A stretch of DNA of 60,683 nucleotides, counting the filler. It is 4 parts of 4 records of this genome, joined end to end, with 100 filler letters (N's around TTAATTAATTAA, not from the genome) between each part and the next. Parts side by side here need not be neighbours in the genome. Positions count along the whole stretch, not along the records: positions 34,650 to 60,683 come from SRR31156797_16428; 3 more parts are not named here. The stretch is one strand, 5' to 3'. The translations under genes were made by a program, and so were the position numbers. The notes under the pieces are model-generated. The model worked only from the letters and a program-made list of their open reading frames with translations, was not told the origin of the DNA and searched no databases. Positions 59,173 to 60,683 of this stretch are shown one piece after another. How positions within the stretch are numbered: position 1 is the stretch's first letter; each line of letters begins with the position of its first letter.

Positions 59173-60384
59173 ATGAAAACAAAAATATTTATTGCAACAG
59201 CGCTATTAATAATTTCAGGGACATTCTATAGTTGCGAAGAAGTCACAGTTGATAAGCCTGAAAAGTTGGATTATTTTATGAAGTTGTATGGAAATTATTT
59301 TAGTGACAGACTCAACGGTATTGATATTACGTCTGATGAGAAAATATTGATAGCCGGCGATCGCACTATAGAAGAGGGAGAGATTGAAGGCTGGTTGATC
59401 ATAACTGATGAAGAGGGCATGGTAGCCCATGAGCGGACATACAATTTTGAAAATGATGTAAGGGTGTTTGGAGCTCATGCACGTGAAAATGCATATTTTG
59501 TAGCCTGCCAACTTAATCCGGTAGGAGTTCATGATGGTTGGGTCTTAGTTTACAATGAAAATATGGATATGACCGACTCTCTTATTTTTAGTGTCGATAC
59601 AGAAACAATTAAAGGTGTTGAGTTTCTGGAAGAATCTACAGAGGTTCGGTTTCTATTGCATGGCAACAATGGAACAGCCGATGAAATATTGATTTATGAG
59701 ATTACAGCTAGTAATAATGTGCAATTGCTTAGTCGCAATGAAATGTATGGAGAGTTGCAAGGAAGATTGTACGTTTTTGAAGCAGATAATAACACACTTT
59801 ATTTAGCTGGAAGTGTTCCTGAAGTGGCCGGACAAACAGGTCCAAATGCCAGAAGTAATATAATGGTTTCTTGTTTACAAGATGATAACCTGGTTTGGTC
59901 TTATAGTCATGGAGAATACGATGTATCTGAGCTTTGTGCAGGAATAGTTTATGTTGATGGTCAATTATTAGTTGGAGGTTCCCAAAAAGAATCGGAGGAA
60001 CATTATTTTGCCGATGAACTTTTTATTTATGAAATAAATGAAAGCGGCCAATTGGAAAATACACAAAGTGTAGCACTCAATGGCCAAACCCGTGCATATG
60101 AGATGGTGCTTAACGGAAATGATGAGTTAGTTTGGACAGGTGAACGTAAAATTGATGAGCGGAATATTCGTATTTTTATGGCCAGGACAACCTTAAATGG
60201 CCAGATTTTATTGGAAACTGAATACGGTGACCGGGGTTACAGTAGCGGCCGTAGAATAATAGGTCTTCCGGGAATTGATCGAGGCTTTTTGCTTAGCGGA
60301 ATCCTCTCAACCTCCGGTGTTAGCGAAGATGCTAATGATGTGCTCGTGATAAAAGTAGATAAAAACGGAGACTGGATATATTGA
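59173..60384 (+). CDS. Lipoprotein with beta-propeller-like repeats
   Basis: Lipobox FYS-C followed by acidic residues; repeats such as LIITDEEG, MARTTLNG, VIKVDKNG. Confidence 0.7.
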   Translation: MKTKIFIATALLIISGTFYSCEEVTVDKPEKLDYFMKLYGNYFSDRLNGIDITSDEKILIAGDRTIEEGEIEGWLIITDEEGMVAHERTYNFENDVRVFGAHARENAYFVACQLNPVGVHDGWVLVYNENMDMTDSLIFSVDTETIKGVEFLEESTEVRFLLHGNNGTADEILIYEITASNNVQLLSRNEMYGELQGRLYVFEADNNTLYLAGSVPEVAGQTGPNARSNIMVSCLQDDNLVWSYSHGEYDVSELCAGIVYVDGQLLVGGSQKESEEHYFADELFIYEINESGQLENTQSVALNGQTRAYEMVLNGNDELVWTGERKIDERNIRIFMARTTLNGQILLETEYGDRGYSSGRRIIGLPGIDRGFLLSGILSTSGVSEDANDVLVIKVDKNGDWIY

Positions 60385-60591
60385 AAAGAATATAATTTTA
60401 TGTATGTTATGACCCCGCTATGCGGCTTTTTTTATTATCAGATTTATTCTTGAAAATTGTATTGCATATCCTAACAAATTCTGTTTTAATATAATTTCTA
60501 ACTTTACTCGTTGTTTTCTGTAAATATCTTATTACCTTTAAAGAGTATACATATTTGTTAACGTTTATGAAAATCTGGCGAAACGAACCTA

Positions 60592-60636
60592 AAATGTTCG
60601 CCTTGCCACCCATATTCCGTGGCGAGGCGAATGTTT
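60592..60636 (+). other. 18-bp stem-loop near the contig end
   Basis: AAATGTTCGCCTTGCCAC-N9-GTGGCGAGGCGAATGTTT with three G-T pairs. Confidence 0.65.
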
Positions 60637-60683
60637 ATTGCGTCTCGCTGCTAGTTAGCAACAACCCAAAAAAGAAATTTTAC

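Noticed and set aside
896-60613. Many short antisense or overlapping ORFs in the six-frame track
   Set aside because: They lie within or opposite well-supported genes and show no recognisable motifs; treated as shadow ORFs.

Overview
The window is not one locus. It is four contigs joined by artificial 100-nt linkers (N44-TTAATTAATTAA-N44). Contig 1 (1-16493) is AT-rich Bacteroidota DNA: dnaJ-grpE, two TlpA-like genes, murA, DUF4290, a UvrD/PcrA helicase, two paralogous TonB-C-like proteins with a LuxR regulator, a T9SS type-B cargo, a GIN-domain protein and a CAP-domain gene split by an in-frame stop. Contig 2 (16594-26689) is more GC-rich and looks like Desulfobacterota: atpB-atpE-rex, DUF3788, a GrpB fusion, an FeS/DUF3786 protein, a MoeA-like/FmdE pair, a sigma54 regulator with a pseudo-receiver, IHF/HU and YkgJ. 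Contig 3 (26790-34549) is Bacteroidota housekeeping: an S10 peptidase fragment, aat, DUF4831, an MFS transporter, pepD, a VOC protein and a D-threonine-aldolase-like enzyme. Contig 4 (34650-60683) is the highlight: an ~18 kb Afp/PVC/AlgoCIS-type contractile injection system. It carries cap, sheath, two tubes, an Afp6-like gene missed by the ORF track, a LysM hub, VgrG, PAAR, gp25, two large baseplates, a short fibre and a 1005-aa tape measure. The locus has no recognisable AAA+ ATPase, toxin or lysis cassette. It is headed by a membrane-anchored GH18 hydrolase, faces a divergent NTT-HEAT-cNMP membrane protein operon, and is followed by a lipoprotein. All family calls come from motif recognition by eye; no searches were run.
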